NCBI GenBank assembly: GCA_977016875.1 | Contig: CDRNST010000167.1 | Location: 434,001-498,000 of the forward strand | Source of the DNA: Pavona decussata | Lineage: Eukaryota | Reading direction: 5' to 3' | Length of the DNA: 64,000 nucleotides | Shown: piece after piece, positions 1 through 14,700 of the stretch | Layout: each line of letters opens with the position of its first letter | Position numbering within the stretch: the stretch's first letter is position 1 | Translations under genes and position numbers: made by a program | Notes under the pieces: model-generated | Databases searched by the model: none | Seen by the model: the letters and a program-made list of their open reading frames with translations, nothing else | Told to the model about the DNA's origin: nothing

Positions 1-251
1 CATCAAATTAAACCATTTCCAGAAATTAGAAAACAAAAAGTGCCCTGAAGGGAGTCATTTGCCGAAGAGTTGGGCTCAGTACTAAACCACTGCAAACGAA
101 CGAGAATTTTGAATTGTACAAGCTTGGATTTGAAATACTGGTAGAAGTGTTTACATGCACACAACGTTATCAGAGGAGAATTTATAGCTGGGTTAACATT
201 AGAAAGATAAAATTCATTTGAACCAAAGAATACTGCCCAGTCTCCACTCAC

Positions 252-374
252 TTGCTCAATCCTCTGATCTAGTCTCAGGTCCTCTCCACCTTTCACCAAA
301 AACATGTGATCCTTTTCATCGTCGCCTCGAATGATGATGCGCTTTGGTTTACGGATTGAAGCCAACACCATAAC
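252..374 (-). CDS. PRKDC: PRKDC exon 81 (kinase N-lobe)
   Basis: [39 protein letters not shown]. Confidence 0.96.
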
Positions 375-3300
375 CTACATCAAGAAATCAAAAGAAAGTT
401 GAGGAAGAGAAACAGGAAGTTTCATCCTAGCAAGAGGGTAAGAGAGTTGTTGATACTAACAAAAAGAAGCGACTCAAAGAGACAGAAAAGTAAGACACTT
501 ATTATTTATCGATGACCAAATTATTAAATGCACTAAGAGGCAAATTATAAAAAAACACCCTACCCTTTCATCGAATCCTGCAATTTTCACATGATATTCA
601 GGGAGTGGTTTTTCCCTTCCTGTGTACTGGCCTGACAAATAGTGAAGACGAGAGTTAAAGTAGAAAATGTTAAATTTCCCTTTATATGCAGCATACAATT
701 CTGCAACCCTGATTGTGCTTGCCGTTGGTTTCCGATTACTCAGATACGTTCAGTAAAGCTTTGGATAGCATTAGTTTTTTAGATGACAGATTGTTCAGCT
801 ATTTGTACGTGAGCTAACAAAATTACATTACCTAACAATCAAAGTAAATTTTAAAAGTAGCATTTTGTGTAACGAGTTATGATTGTAATGAAACTTTAAT
901 GGCTCTTAGACTTACTGATGACGTAAAGAAAACATTTGTTATGGTTCTCTAAAATATGAGCATTTGCGTGAAAAATAAGGATTGAAAGGAGAATGTCACT
1001 CCAGAAATCATGTATTTTTTTAATTCATCAATAAAAGGAAACTGAGTTGAGTAACTCACCTCTTTTTTGAGCTTCTGAAGTACATCCGATCCATACGAAA
1101 TTCCCCTCAAAAGTGAGCGCCGCCATTTTGATTAGCATTAAGTACCCTAGCCGCTTCTTCGTGATGTCATTCCGTCCAACGAAATAGGCGCGAATTTCAA
1201 ACATCCTCGGGATAACGGACACGTTCTGGCTCGAAACGGTATAGTTCAATCGAAGCCATTTTCACGTGTTTGTAGTTGTTGATTTCGCAATATTCTCATG
1301 GACAGAATGACGTCAAGAAAAGGCGAACACTAAGTGCTAATCAAAACGGCGGCGCTCAATTTGAATTTCGGGGTACTTCGGAGAGGAATTTCGTATGGAT
1401 TGGATGCACTTCAAAAGGTCAAAAACCGGTGACTAAGTTAAGTGTTTACTTTTCACTGGCGGATTAAAAGACACATGGTTTCTGGAGTAAGCTTCTCCTT
1501 AAAAATTCGCTCATATCTAAAAAAAAAAAAAATCACTACCATAAAAAATAACATTTTCTTAAATTTTTAAAATGCGTTAGTTAGGATGCTAAAAACCAAA
1601 GAAATCGGTCAAATCTTTCCTGCGACTGAAAAATGTACCAATGCGCCCATAAATAGGTTCGGGCCACCTTAACTTTGAGATGTTACATTCATATCAACCA
1701 TCGAATGAAAGTTCGAACCGCAGGAAACGTAAACAGACGGCCAGTGACTAACTACTTGGTTATTTTATACAAATAATTTGTAACAAAAGTGTTCAAGGCT
1801 TCCTGGTTCGCACTATAAATGGTCTCATAATGTCACTAACACTAATGTTTACATTGATAAATTCTCTTGATACTTTGATCGTGCTGAATTGTTTATTAAT
1901 CCCATAGGGATTTAAAACACTAGAATTAGACGGTGAACGTCCAAGTTAACTTCTGCAATCATTAACCTTTAAAACGTTACCAACAAAAACATTTCATCAT
2001 TCTTTAAGCCTATTCAGCATTTTGGGTTGGGTTTTATTCTAATTTTAATGGATGAAGAGGTCAATAATTTCTGGTCGAAACGCCTTTATAGAAACATTTC
2101 AATTATAGTTTTATAAAGGTTGCTGATAACATTAAGCCGCCTTCAACGATCAGGCGTTTGTCAAAAGATTGGGCCGTACGAAAAATTTGCGAAATGAAAG
2201 AATACAGGAAAAAAAAAGTCAGTGTCATACAATTCTAAAAAGGATTTCAATAAAAGTCATTCATCCGATGATTTGAGGTTTTCTACTCATTTTCAACGGA
2301 AGTAGGACTGTAAAACGACAAGGAAAATGAACAAAAGATAACTCCTCACAATCAAGAGGATCAACTTACCAGGAATCTCCAATGTATGTGTGTAGTGACT
2401 GGACTGGAAATGAAATAACCACGGCGAGTACTCCTTCAGGTTTAATGGCGGAGCAGCACGAGACCTCTTCTCATCCATCTTCTGAATAACATTTCTCCAT
2501 AAGTTTCCAAATTGCTGAAAGACAAAGGGCGCAAGAACAGAAAGAAGAAACATCAAGGTTAAAATGCTACCATGTACATAGAACAAAATTATATCCAGCA
2601 AGATCATCAATCAGACCTTTACCTGGTCGGACATATGATGACGACACAAATAATGGATCAGAGAATTAACTCCGCAGTATATTATATGGTTTTATGTGCT
2701 AAGTGAACACATCAATTTTCTACTTAACAATTAGATTATGAGCTCAAGATTTCTATCGCGTGCTAACTGATGAGGGCGCAGCCCGAATCAGCTATCACGC
2801 GATAGAAATCGAGAGCGAATAATCTAATTGTTTAGTAGAAAATTGATGTGTTCACTTAATTGTTTTAGTCGTGGAAAACTAAACAAGTAAATTATCTATT
2901 TCCTCATCGCAGACACTTCGAAAACACCATGAAGTGGCCGCCATTTTGTTGAAAACCGCTACTCACTATCTATCACAGAATAGATAGCGAGTAGCGTAGC
3001 TAATCAGAGAACGACATTCGTGATAGAACACTAGTAGATTTATACTAATAAGCGTTATCCCAAGTAAGGAAATAATAGATCCCAAGAAACAAAGAAAAAA
3101 TCTTTGACCTCGGCGGGAATCGAATCCACGACCTCCAGACTTGATTAACCGTTGCTGTACCGACTGAGTTACAAGACCGCCTAGCCTAGCTTAGGGCTTA
3201 TGCTTAGTAGGAAATTCATGGTTCACATTAGACACTGCAGAGTTAATTCTCTGATCCATCATTTATTTACTGCTAGCAGCATAACATTCACTATACCCTT

Positions 3301-4147
3301 CACATATAATGCCGACACCGTATTTTTGATTATTTGAGAATAGGAAATTTCATCACTTGTTGAAATAATCACTGACAAGTAAAACCTTGTTTTATGTCCA
3401 TCTTTCAATGCTCATTGCTGAAAGAGTTAGTAACTCCTACAAGAGTCAAAATCTTTCTAGGATTTTCAAAACGGCCCAAGAACAAAAGCAGCATTGGTTT
3501 AACTTTGAAGGCAACTGCACGAGTTGGATCTGAACAGTCTGTATGCCATTTTCTAACACTTCGGCAATATATCAGTCAAGTTTAGTCGAACAAGCCATGG
3601 TTTGCATTTTTGTTTGTTTGGGAAATTGGCACCAAATGCCATAGCAACTGAAGAAGACGCTACATAAACAAGATGTTTACTGAAGATGAGTAGCTCTTTG
3701 ACTTATCAGACAGGAAAAGGCTTAGATTCGATAGACCTAACTAATGGTCCATTTAGCTTCCTTTGGCTACAGCGTTATAAGTGATAACTTACACTGAGCT
3801 TAAGTCCTTTCAGTTTTTCACCATCCTTGCCAAACAACTTCTGAACTTCGCTTGAGAAATCCTGTAAATCAGTGTGGTAAACTAGGTTATGACACTCAAG
3901 GACACCTAACGCTCCGCAAGGCAATTACTGAAATAACTGTCTATAACTGTAAATAATTAGAAGCAACTGAATAAAGAAAATGTTCAAACTAAATAGTGAA
4001 CTGCAACTGTTGTGGAAGCATAGTTTTCAAGCGCAGCATCACCGCAGCATCATTTGAAAAGGTAGACGACCTCCCAGTTAGACTTGGAGAAGATGATCGA
4101 TACATTCCATTATTATTATTATTATTATTATGGATCATTATTATTAC

Positions 4148-4183
<36 letters not shown>

Positions 4184-5747
4184 ATAAAAATAATAATATA
4201 ATCTTTATTAACATATACCAAGCAGCTGAAATTGTTATTTACAAGTTAAAAGTTGAGAAAAGAACTATTAAAACCTATTTACAATTCATTCCGATTTCGA
4301 GACTAATTTTCGAAGCACAAACTTTTCAAAAGAAAATACAAATGTCATAATAATAATAAAAATAATAAAAAACAACATCTTAATCAACATATTCCAAACT
4401 ATTTACAAGTTAAAAGTTCCGATTCCAAAAAAAAAAAAAAAAACAATTCACAGAAAATCAACGGACACATGCTTGGCTAGCGTTTAGGCGACAGTCATCG
4501 ATGAAATCCCCTTGTGGAATTCTGTGGAAAGGTGTCCTGGAGCCTCTTACGCATGTGTGTACCGACCTTAAAATCTCAAAAGAAAGCAATGTTCTAATCC
4601 AAGTGATAGTAATGTGATAAGGTTCCTCATTCTTTTCTGAGAGCTTCTCGGCTAGGCGTTTGAGGAAGCAATTGCAGTCGGCTCCCATCCCACCGTTGGT
4701 TCCAAAAACTAGGGGAGTGAAAGATCCCATTTCAACGTCCAGCACTCTCTGTTGGTACTTCCGCTTTTTCTCCTCTTCCTGCTCTTTAAAGATTGTCTAT
4801 GTTGCTTTTCCGTGGTTACACTTGGAGTTAACATGCGTTACTCTGACATCGAAAAATGCTGTAACTCCTCGAGACCAAAAGACCCCTGCCTTCATGCCCA
4901 GTCTTGCCTCCGGACTTGTCACCGCGCTTCTGAGGTTGAATTGCTCATTGTCGAGAGGTTGTAGTTGTGGTTCGACTTCAACGTTGGTGCAAACCTTACC
5001 ACGAAAAGAGGTAAGTAGGTTGCGGACGCCATCGTGTCTCTGCGCCACGAACCCTCCCTTTTTGCATGACAGGGCATGGTAAACGGTATACTTCTCCCCA
5101 CAAACACACTTGCTTGGTAAATCAGACAGGGAAAAATTATACCTTAAACGCAGAGAGTCTCAGAATTCTTGTTTATTCAGCACAAAGCCTTGATCAACAA
5201 GGGGTACTGCGGTAAGCCACGAGCTCGCACCCTTGTCTCTCGATTGCTTAACTGACCGCAGCAGATCCGAGGGTAGAGTGGAATCAATACTTTCCATTCT
5301 CGATTTCACCGACGCAATTTTTAAAGCTTGATGTTGTCTTTTTAACTTCTCCGTGGACCTCTCGCCTGCCACCATGAAAGTGCTCCGTTTGGTGATGGAA
5401 TCTACGTGCGATGCTGTTATTGTCGTAGAAGCAGCAAACTGCTGTGGAGCTTCAAACCGTAAGTCAGGTACGCCAAGCCCTCCTTGAGCGGGTGTCAAAG
5501 TAACAAGCTGACGCAGATTGCTAGGGAGGGGCTCCGTTTGACCCAATAGTGTTGGGAGGAGTAAGTCGTCAATCGCCTCTTGAATAGGGTCAACGTAATC
5601 TTCAAACGACTCTATTGTGCGCATGAAATAGGTAAACTTGGATTTGTAACCCTTCGTGAAAACAGTGTAGGCTGCATGAGGCTGGCTCCTTGCTATCTCA
5701 GATAGGGCTTCAAATTCTCCTTTCCATCCAAGGACCTTTTCCCGACA

Positions 5748-5785
<38 letters not shown>

Positions 5786-8700
5786 CATTAAAAATTATTA
5801 CTGAAATTGTGCTTGAAAATAGTCTCTCTTTTTTTTCTTAATCGAAATAAATTGTAAATAGGTTTTCGATAGCTCTTTTTTGTATACTTTTAACGTGTAA
5901 ATAGCAATTTGTGTGGAATATTTTAATAAAGATATATTTATTAATAAATAATCATAATTATTATTATTATTATTATTATCATTATTATTATTATTTACCT
6001 GAGCAAACCTTCTTCTAAACGGGCCAAACTCATTCCCTCGAGTCTGAGATGCACTCTCTGCCTTTGATTTAATGTCCAGCAGGTTTTGAAACATACTTTG
6101 GAAACAATTTTTAATGGCCTGTGAATCATTCCTCTTGTCTTTGTCTTCTAACAACTGTTTCATCGGGCCGTCACACCAATCCTGCGCAATAAACACGTAC
6201 AATGAAAACTTGTCACACATTTGAACATGTCAGTAATAGAACATGCTATCTAAAGTCATGCTTTTCTGCTCTGGAATCAATACAATTAAACGAAAAACAT
6301 TTTGAATCCGTAGCGTGATCGATTAAACACGATGACTACACTATTTTCGTATTCTCGGCATTGAACTGGATCTAGTGTCCCTTGCAAAGTAGGCTTTTGC
6401 GGGGGCAAATAATTGCAAGTAAAAAGATTCCCCGCTTAAGCCTCGTGTGAAAACTAGTTCCAGTTAAACGCAAACAATGGTCTATTTTTGGACCTGGGAG
6501 CTGGTAGAAACCCCGTGGGCGTTAAGCCCATAGCACTGACTCGAGTTACGTAACCGACTCTGACCAAGCCCAATATCTCGAGGTAAACATTCCGTAAACT
6601 GGATTAAGTGAAAAGATAATTAAGTCCACTTTCCTTGTCCTTGATAATATATGAACCTGATCACCAATAAGCAAGTTCCCATTTTGCAAATCTCTGGTAG
6701 AATCAAATCATTACACAAGCTAGGCTAGGCTGAAAAGTTATTCATTTCAGGAGTGGTGTGTGCACAGTAGCCTAAAAATCGACACGTCAAGCAAATAAAA
6801 TAAAAGAACAATTTTATCTGCCTATTTTCGGAGGCGTTTAGCGGTTATTGCATTGTCTGTCCTTCGAACAGACGCAGCAACACACAATTTTGTCACAGTA
6901 TGGTTCCTCCTCATTATGTTAAAGTGCTAAATCTTCAATGATCACTGGTCTGATCCAGAGGTGAATAGTACTTTGCGAGAATAGACTACAAAATAATGAA
7001 ACTGTGTAATTAAATGCATGGCGAAACGCTAGTTTTGCGAAAAAACAAATAACAAAAGTGCGATTGTTTCATTTAAACTATATCAGATCATACAAAAAAG
7101 AGCGAAAGCACGCTATCCAACAATTCATCTGAAAGGAGTCCCTGGATTTTATTTTAGTTTACAAAGCAAAGGGGGCAGTAAAGCTAAATGTGTGGAAACA
7201 TGGGCGTCCAAGAATTAGGTAGACACAAACACAAACCTTAAACACCATCTCTGGGTTTGTAAGCTGTTCTAACGCGGCAATAAAGTCATTCAGTAATGGA
7301 CTGTCCAATGATGATTGAAGCCTGTCAATAAACAGTAATAAAACTTACTTGTTTCACATCCATTACAGCATTATTGACCAGAAACATATTTGTTTTCTCC
7401 CGCATAACGTTTCAGCAACATTTACAATATAACAATGCAAGTGAATCGAATAATCCACCACCACTCTACCAAGTTACTTTGATAAGAATTTACAGTCTGC
7501 GCTGAAAGCATTTTTAGTTAAACTCTACCAATGCATCGTTGCTTTTGTCCCGCATTGTCATTTGCAGTTGGAAGTTGGAAGAATTTCGTATAATTTTTTT
7601 ACCTTTTCAGTTGTTAGTCATACCTTTGCATTATTTTTAGAGTGTAATGTTTGAAGAGTTTTCACTGAAGAGTTACCTCTCAACAGTCTCTTGATTCGCT
7701 TTTCCTTCTTTGCCGTGTTCAAACACAAACTGTTCACTGCTTATCTTGAATGGATACCAAAGGGCCTAACACAAAAATGAAACGACTTATTAAAAACTAA
7801 ACAAAGCAACAAGGAAACTTTAAATTTCTGTTAAAATGCTAAAGCCGGCGACACACTTGGCGATTTTATACGCCGATCGCCGACATCGGCGTATAAAATC
7901 GCCGATATCTGGCATGTCAGATATCGGCGATCGATTAAATTCGCCGGTATTCGCCAAGTGTGCCCGTTTCCGCGATTTTCTACGCTCATCACTGCGAATA
8001 GCCAGTAAAGTCAACCCATCAGGTTGGGCAATTTTATCACATGACTCTTCGAAACTGCCACATCGCCACGATCAGCGAAGAAAGTCGCCAAGTGCGTCCG
8101 CATTAATCGGGGGCGAAAATCGCAAGTGATTTTCACTGGCGATCAAATTCGCCGCGATCGGCGTATAAAATCGCCAGGTGTGTCATCGGCTTAAGACAGA
8201 GAAAGTCGATTAATAGCCAATTGCCAGCATTGTAATGCATTATGTAAACAATGCGATAAAATTAATCGCGATGACGTAACTAAAAGACTGTTTTCATGGG
8301 CAATTTTCATGCAATGGTTGTTTGACAATGGAAACTAAACATTTGTCCCACAGGTTTTGTGCTATCGTGTGTAAAATATCCCTTACCTGAGGGTATGTTT
8401 GCGCTATTTCCTGTAGAATTGTATGCACTGCTCTGCCTTCGCGCTTGTCCAGCACTGCAAGCATCTGGTTGATCCAACCAATAAACATCCAACATGGAAC
8501 ATCAGCAGCCTTCATGAAACGCAAATTAGAACAAACAAAACGATAATCACCAAGATGTACCACAAATGTCCTCTGAGACACAGAAGCTGTTCCTCACAGT
8601 CACTTCATGGTTCCCTGACTTTAGCTGAAATGTGACTCACCTTTTTGATGAAGGCTTCTAGGGTGTCAGGGTACATTTCAACAATCTGAAGGAGTCTAGG

Positions 8701-11700
8701 AAACCTCTGCCGAGCCTCATCTGAATTATAGCACATGGCTTTCAACATGTAACGCACAACTATACCGGGAAACAGCTAGAAAGATAACAACACATAAAAT
8801 GCATTTTGGCTTTCTATTATCAACTAACGAAGGGCAAACTAACAAGGGGGTTAGTTTGATTCTGATACTCAATCCACCTACGGATGGGGTTGTATATTTT
8901 CCCATAATACCTTGCGAACCTATTTTATAGAAAACCATCTATTTTTTGCGAAATTCGTCCCTGTATTAACAACATGTGTAAGCTAGGTTTGAAGCTTTTA
9001 GAACTCTTCTGTTGGTTTTTATTAGCGTTTTTAGGGGTTTCGTATGCTAAGAATAATGCGTAAATCTACCATTCGCCATCTTTTTCGGTCCGGTGGAATG
9101 TATCACGTTGGTGATGCTTTTGGCAAAAGGATATGAACGTGAACAGCCAACGAGTAAGAAAGTCAAATCGCAGCGGTGCGAGGCACACAAGAAGGGCACA
9201 AGTCATTGTTTTCCGCAGTTGCTCTGTCCGCAGTTCATGACTCTTTTGGCAGTAGTACATTAGATTGTGACTGATATTTGATTGACACATCTGCCCCTGT
9301 CCACATGTTATAGGGATTTAGTCGCAAGAGCATACGTTTTTAATCTCCCTCATTGATTTCTTCGTAAATAAGATTTGCTGGCTTGTTTACACTTATGGTA
9401 CAGGGACCGGCTTGGTAAATACAAAGAAAGGCAAAATAGCACACATGAAAAAAGAAATAATTAAGTGTTGCTTCTTATCACTGTGTACGAATCATAGTGC
9501 ACAGTGCAAGGCATGACTGTCTGTAGTAACACTGGGTACCTTTGTGTCAACCTCTACGGGTGGACCAGCATCTAAAAAGTAATAAGAACGAAATAACAGT
9601 GGTTAAAACATGAACGCTCTCAGTGATTGGCGGAAAAACCTGAAAATTCCCTTTCTTACAAACAATTCCTTCAAAACCTGAAATGTTATCACTTTAAGAA
9701 ATAATCGATCTCTGACTAGAATATCATTTTGTATCCCAGCAACAAGATTGCATGGAAAACGAATGTCACAATTTAGTCGCCTGCTACAGCTAAGTACTCT
9801 TAATCCTGTTGATCAAATAAGTCAGGATACAAAACTCTCTTTATTTCAGTAATGAACAACATCAGCGTGACAGAATCATCTTCGTCCGCTATTCTAGTTA
9901 TTTACAAGCACACACGAACCTTCTTCTTTCTTCCTAAGACAGTTATCACAAAAGGTAACCATTGCCATCATAGCTTGCACAATACCATCGCTAACAAGGG
10001 AGAAAAAGACCAAAACACTATTTATAATAGCTTTATTGAGTAAACACAATTTACTGATAAAAGCAGTATACTCCATTATGACCCCACTATCAAACGGGAT
10101 ACAGGTTACACGCGACGTACATTGTCACCATACTTTACCAACTGTTGTATGCAGACCAAATGGAACTAAATTGTTCATAAGTAATACTATCGAACTACGC
10201 TCTTGTTCTATCGGAAACGGCTTTTCGTGCTAAAACAATAGTACAACATGGTTTCGTCTGGAATGGAACAACAAACAGGGGCTAAACAAAACGAGAATGA
10301 AATCTAGTTTATCGTAAAGTTCCTGTTTGCTTGTTTCTTTCATATTTCACAACAGTTACCAGTGGAACCTAAATTCTGTAAACCGGTTAGCTTTTTTAAA
10401 CGTTCCTTAAAGCTCAAGCTTTTAAATAATTTTCGTAACTAGATGAACTTCTTAAGATATTGATGACATTTATCATGTAGAAACTACCGCCACCACTTTG
10501 CCAACTTTATAGGGAAATTTTACCACCAGTCACTTGCACAGAAATTACTAGAATACCTTGAGTCGGGCCCTTTGCATTTCTCCTCAGCATTTTTAGCTGC
10601 CTTGATGGCAGACTGCAGTGATACAAATGAGCGCGTCATCAGCTGACTCACAACCTGAATAGTGTAAGCACAAAATACACATGAAAATACTGTTCAATAG
10701 CTCACTTACAACCCCGCTGGTACAAACATAGGGCAAGCGTCACAGATCACCGTGACGCCATTATCTAGACAAGTTAGACAGTATCTTGTGGTCCCACATA
10801 TTATCCTTCTTTTGGAATAGTGTTAAGGGTTATAATACACGATCTAGCTTGTTTACCTATCACTAGCATGACTCGTGACTGTGACCGGTAGATGTGACCT
10901 GCCTTTTGCAACAGCCGCTCACAATCTGCAGAAGTGAACGAGTGCCCCTGGACAAGTGTCCGGTCTACCAATAACATCTTCCAAGCCATGAACAGGGAGG
11001 GCCTCAGTGGCTTCAGGGTGAATCTCACTCAGTCAACATTATTACTCCTGAAGGACACAAATGATTACCTTCTTGTGGGAATCAGCGGAAGCCATTCCAC
11101 AGAGTCTTGCAAGAGTCCCCTTCTTATTGTCATCCAAGGCAGAAAGAACTAAACCTTCTGACGGATGCAAAATTACGGACAAACAAATTCAGCCGAATGA
11201 TAAATAAAAAGGCAATTCTTGCCTTAAGTGCAATTAATAAATGATAAGCTTCTATCACGCACCAGACAAAAACAGCAAAGTTCTTCATAAATATTAATAG
11301 TTTCTGAAAGCAAGGCTTTTTTGATGTGTTCTCCATAATTGTTTTTGGCTAGGAACAGGTAGCATCAGGTAGCATCGTTTATGATTAACACTTTACACGG
11401 GCGATTCGAGTGTATACTCCGTAATATATCAAACACGAGGAAGAGTGTTTCCTCCGATTTCCAAACACCGAGAAGTAGGTTGGAAAAACGAGGCGCAGCC
11501 GAGATTTTTTAACCAACTTCGAGGTGTTTGGAAATCGGAGGAAACACTCTTTCGAGTGTTTGATATAGCTTCTCAAACTATTGATAATTCTTGGAGAAAT
11601 TCGAAGCAAAAGGTCACAAAATTTTATGATAATTAAGATCACATTTCTAAAGCTCCTTCACGGTAGTGATTTGCTTTGTTTTGGCTTGATGAATTATTAA

Positions 11701-14700
11701 TAAGTTTGAGAAATGGCGGTAATATAGCGTATACGCATGCTCTGTCCGTACCATCTGTGGAGATTGCTTTTGTGATGACATCAAATGTCTCGCCCCTGAG
11801 AATGTGATGCTGCAGGCCCCTCAGTGGCTCACTATCCAATACCACACTGCTGCTAAATTTATCTGTCAGGGAACAAACAAGGAATGATCAAGCTCGGGAC
11901 ACAACACTAAGCGCAATACATAACAGAGATCAGGATACCTACCTAACTGTCCCGCTACCATCAGAGCGGTCTCCACAGCCTCTACGGCTGTCAATGTTTG
12001 AGTCTTTCTGTGATGTACTTTGGCATAGACGTGCGACCAACTGATTTGCAAGCTGTCATCATCCTGGTTGTAAAACATCCCGACTTAGGTCAGTTTGTAT
12101 CAGTTTAATACCAAGAAGCAGCAGACTAACAACAGCTGTTATGCGCAAATGGGTCCCTAATGAAATCAAACAGTCTCAAACACACTAAGTACTGACACAT
12201 AACAAAGATGCAATACCTGAGATATCAGATTAAGTGCCTCGCGAAGACATTTGTTTGCCACTGTGTAATTTGCCTGCAAAAAATATTATATAATCTTGAG
12301 GTTCGTTGTGCCTGTGAATAAGTTAGCGTTTCCCAAGAATTAGACAGCCAAATATGCACTTACATTAAGGCTAGCCAAGATCAAGCGTCAGAAAATTTCA
12401 ATCACTAATCATATAATATAAGCTCAAACATTCAATATTTAATGCCGTCAGCCAAAGACAAGATAAAATGAAGCACCTGTTCTTTTGCAGTATTTGCCAT
12501 GTGCAGGTGAAGTTCAACCTCCTGTTGCAAGAACCTTACTCTTAAATCACGCAGACTTACTCCAGACCTGAAATGACACGTGATTTACATAAAAGTCAGC
12601 CTAACTTAAAATGAAACAAACCTATGGTCAGCTGTCGCGTAATTCGCATTCCACTCTCCTTTATAACTTACCCTTGGTGAAAGACAGGTGAGAATTTCAC
12701 TGAGTACCCAGTTGATCTGTTAACACTAGTATACTATTATCAAAGTCATCAGCTAAGAGCATCTAAATGAATACTAGAAACGGGCAAAGTGTTTTCTTAT
12801 AAACATGCATCTGGTGAAGAGTAAAACTGACATTTTGACAAGCATTCACCTCTGTTCTGCATCAACTGCCTCAAATTTCCTCAAGATCTTGTTCATATAT
12901 ACAGTCCTGAGAACGAAGTGAAAATTAGTAGACAGCATTGTGCATGGACTAGATAAATGCAATACACATTTGAACGCAATGTCTTGATAAAATGACACTT
13001 GTTCAGGCCACAGTTGTGGAAGCCAATATCTGACGATTCTAGTACCGTTGCGATATTTCATCATTAAGTTTTAAAACCGAGACTGTTTATTGTACTAAAG
13101 TTTTGCTTTGGTGTCTCTGTTCCTCACAGTCGTAACTAGTGAGTTAGCCTGAGCTGAATGTCCGACGTTAGGTTTTTTCTGGCTAGCCCCTGGTTTCATT
13201 GGTTACCTGTAACTATGGAATTCAGGCTTAACCTACTCGGTACTAACGACGGATGTTGGAATATTGACATTGACAGGGCTGAATGTCTGATGTTGACAGT
13301 GCCATCCATCGTAAGATTCATGCAGCTCGGCCTGATCACCAAATTGGTTCCCTCCTGGTCCCATTTCTACCTAATCTTGTTTCTCTGTCACTCAAATCCT
13401 GCGTGCACCGTCAGCTTGCCTTTTCATCGATATAGCAACAACTTGCAAGGCTCCAGTCATAAGCTGTATACCATTGGGAGATTTAAGTATTGGGATCATT
13501 TGAGGACATTTAAGAATTGGTTCATGCTTAGCGTCGGGAAGTTTGGAGAGCACGAGAGAAGTGTAAGAGTTGCTCAAGGCGTAGCCGAGAGCAACTCTAG
13601 CTTCTTGAGTGCTCTCCAAACTTCCCAAGTGCATCCATAACTCGATATACGCACAGCTAAAAGCATGAACCAATTCTTTTATAACATAGTGAAAATAAAG
13701 TAAATGATTCCTGGAAAACAGGTTTTGTTCCTGATTAATTACAACATTCTCTGTACAAAAAAAAAGTGAAAGTGGTTTCTCACATCGGTTTAATCTAAAC
13801 GTTTCATTAAACTTCGATAAGCTCTTATAAATATACATTTTTATGGTGTTGTCTCTCTGTAAAAAGTTTTTTATAACATAGCGCGCGCATGCTTACCCCA
13901 TCTGACTTGCACACGTCATCGAATGGACGCACGGCCGTGCGTATGTTGAGAAATGTACCATGATGACGCCAATAGGAATTAGATTAGGATGCACGCGTGC
14001 TATGTTATAATTTGAGACAACATTATAAGTTACCAAAGGTTCGCGCTGAACAAATTGTTATTGGAAGGTACAGTGCAAATCCGTCAATTCTCAGTAATCA
14101 TTAACTAATAATGTCAATAATACTCTTAAATCTTTTCATTTTACTCTCTCTCTCGACGCCCGGCTTTATTCGCCTGATTTGCCAGCAGTAAACACTGAAC
14201 ACTGTACCTGTTTGTAGCAAAGTCATCCCATACACTGATTGGATGAAGCCTTGCATCACAAAGTCTTGAAGACCATTTGTTTAACAATGTTACCGCTGGC
14301 CTCACACTTGAGAAGTTCTCTAAAAAAGTTAAGTAATGTTACTAGTAATTTATTGATCTCTGACGGGGAGCAGATGGCCATGCAACAAGCCATTTGCTCT
14401 CAATTGCGACTCCTCTCTAAGAATCAAGTTAGCTAATTGTTTCATTTGCCAAGAAACACGATATATACCGGCCGAGGAGACAAGCTCAAGGAATACCTTA
14501 TGACAGTCTGAGATTTGCCACTTCTTTTCCCAATAAGAATAAAAATTTGTCCATACAACAAAACTCGCGACACTTTCACAACATTACACATCACGCTGTA
14601 GAAAGCCACTGTCTCCAATAGAATAGAAGTAAAAAAAATACCGAAATGGAAATTAAGTTCATCACAAGATATAAGAAAATCAATTTTAGAACAAAAGCTA

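Noticed and set aside
3996-4350. ORFs with poly-L/I/Y runs
   Set aside because: They are translations of the (TAT)n microsatellite.
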